From Chiloscyllium plagiosum (lineage: Eukaryota), in assembly GCF_004010195.1 (NCBI RefSeq), contig NW_025215373.1, positions 95,155 through 144,133 on the forward strand: a stretch of DNA of 48,979 nucleotides, given 5' to 3'. The notes under the pieces are model-generated. The model saw nothing but the letters and a program-made list of their open reading frames with translations, searched no databases and was not told the DNA's origin. A program made the translations under genes and the position numbers. Shown piece after piece: positions 48,250 through 48,979 of this stretch; the stretch's first letter is position 1, and each line of letters opens with the position of its first letter.

Positions 48250-48590
48250 GGGAATGTGGGTGTCACTAGCTGGGCCAGCGTTTATTGTCTGTCCCTAATT
48301 GCCCAGGGGGCAGTTAGCTGTCAATCACATTGCCGTGGGTCTGGAGTCACATGTAGGCCAGACCAGGTAAGGATGGCAGATTTCCTTCCCTAAAGCACAT
48401 TAGTGACCCAGATGGGCTTTTCCAACATTTGCCAATGTTGACACGGTCATCGATAAGACACCTTTTAAATTCCAGATTTTTAAAAATTATTGTATTTAGA
48501 TTTCACTGTCTGCTCCGGTGAGATTTGAACTCGTGTCCCCAGGACATTAGCCTGGGGTTCTGGATGACAATGCCCAGAGACGTTGGACAC
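48250..48590 (-). mobile_element. Second SINE family (tRNA-like head); other copies at about 30960-31265(-), 37315-38130(+, interrupted) and 41140-41410(+)
   Basis: Shared core cacattgctgtgggtctggagtcacatgtaggccagaccaggtaaggatggcag; B-box-like gagttcaaatc. Confidence 0.6.
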
Positions 48591-48785
48591 TTATGTCAGC
48601 ATCTCCATCTGGGGCCATGAGGGATGCTCAGGGAACCCTGTCCTAGTCTGTGTTGCTGACTCACAGACAAATGGGCATGTAATTGGACAAAGACCTGTTC
48701 CTGTTGGGTCAGAATGAGAGGGTAGGGTTGGACTCTGAAAGGTTGTGGAGCATGTTAACATCTGGCTGTGCTCTCTCCTCTGTAG

Positions 48786-48854
48786 AACGCGGGAGACTTC
48801 ATCTGCACGGTGTATTTGGAGGAGAAGAAACCAGAGTGTGAGCTGAGCTTGAAG
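48786..48854 (+). CDS. ARAP1: ARAP1 exon, start of RA domain (NAGDFICTVYLEEKKPECELSLK)
   Basis: tgtag| ... AAG|gtaggt; 69 nt; translated by hand. Confidence 0.92.
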
Positions 48855-48979
48855 GTAGGTAGGGAAGAAACAATTCCCTTTGTTGGTCTGCTGTGTGTGT
48901 GTGTGTCTGTGTGTGTGTGTGTATGTGTCTGTGTGTGTGTATGTGTCTGTGTGTGTGTGCGCGTGTCTGTGTGTGTGTG

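Larger units (their letters stand above)
7870..48854 (+). other. ARAP1: ARAP1 gene, internal part (19 coding exons; N- and C-termini outside the window)
   Basis: 19 exons with AG/GT boundaries splice in matching phases into one stop-free frame. Domain order is PH-PH-ArfGAP-ANK-PH-PH-RhoGAP-RA. Motifs SYIYQ.R, YHPLFGNQEEL and AGDFICTVYLEEKK match ARAP1 as I recall it. Confidence 0.93.

Overview
This is vertebrate genomic DNA; the repeat content (HE1/V-SINE-type SINEs, CR1, Rex1/Babar and Penelope relics) points to an elasmobranch, probably a shark. The window lies inside one + strand gene, ARAP1. I could splice 19 consecutive GT-AG coding exons (7870-48854, 2560 nt, about 853 codons) into one phase-compatible frame encoding PH1-PH2-ArfGAP-ankyrin-PH3-PH4-RhoGAP and the start of the RA domain. 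Both protein termini lie outside the window. The introns hold the unusual material. (1) An intronless 5' fragment of pyruvate kinase (PKM-like) mRNA sits between two inverted Penelope-like terminal arms, and both arms begin at the predicted hammerhead self-cleavage site. This suggests ribozyme-linked capture of a host mRNA by a Penelope-like element. (2) A 3.2 kb antisense, internally deleted LTR retroelement has a tRNA-Ser PBS, a PPT and a decayed env. Its TM subunit has a filovirus GP2/ASLV-like internal fusion loop. (3) Several minimal hammerhead ribozyme motifs occur in Penelope-derived inverted-repeat elements. (4) There are large minisatellites, one of which tandemly duplicates an ARAP1 splice donor. 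Four assembly gaps are present. All family assignments come from motif recognition by eye; no database searches were run.
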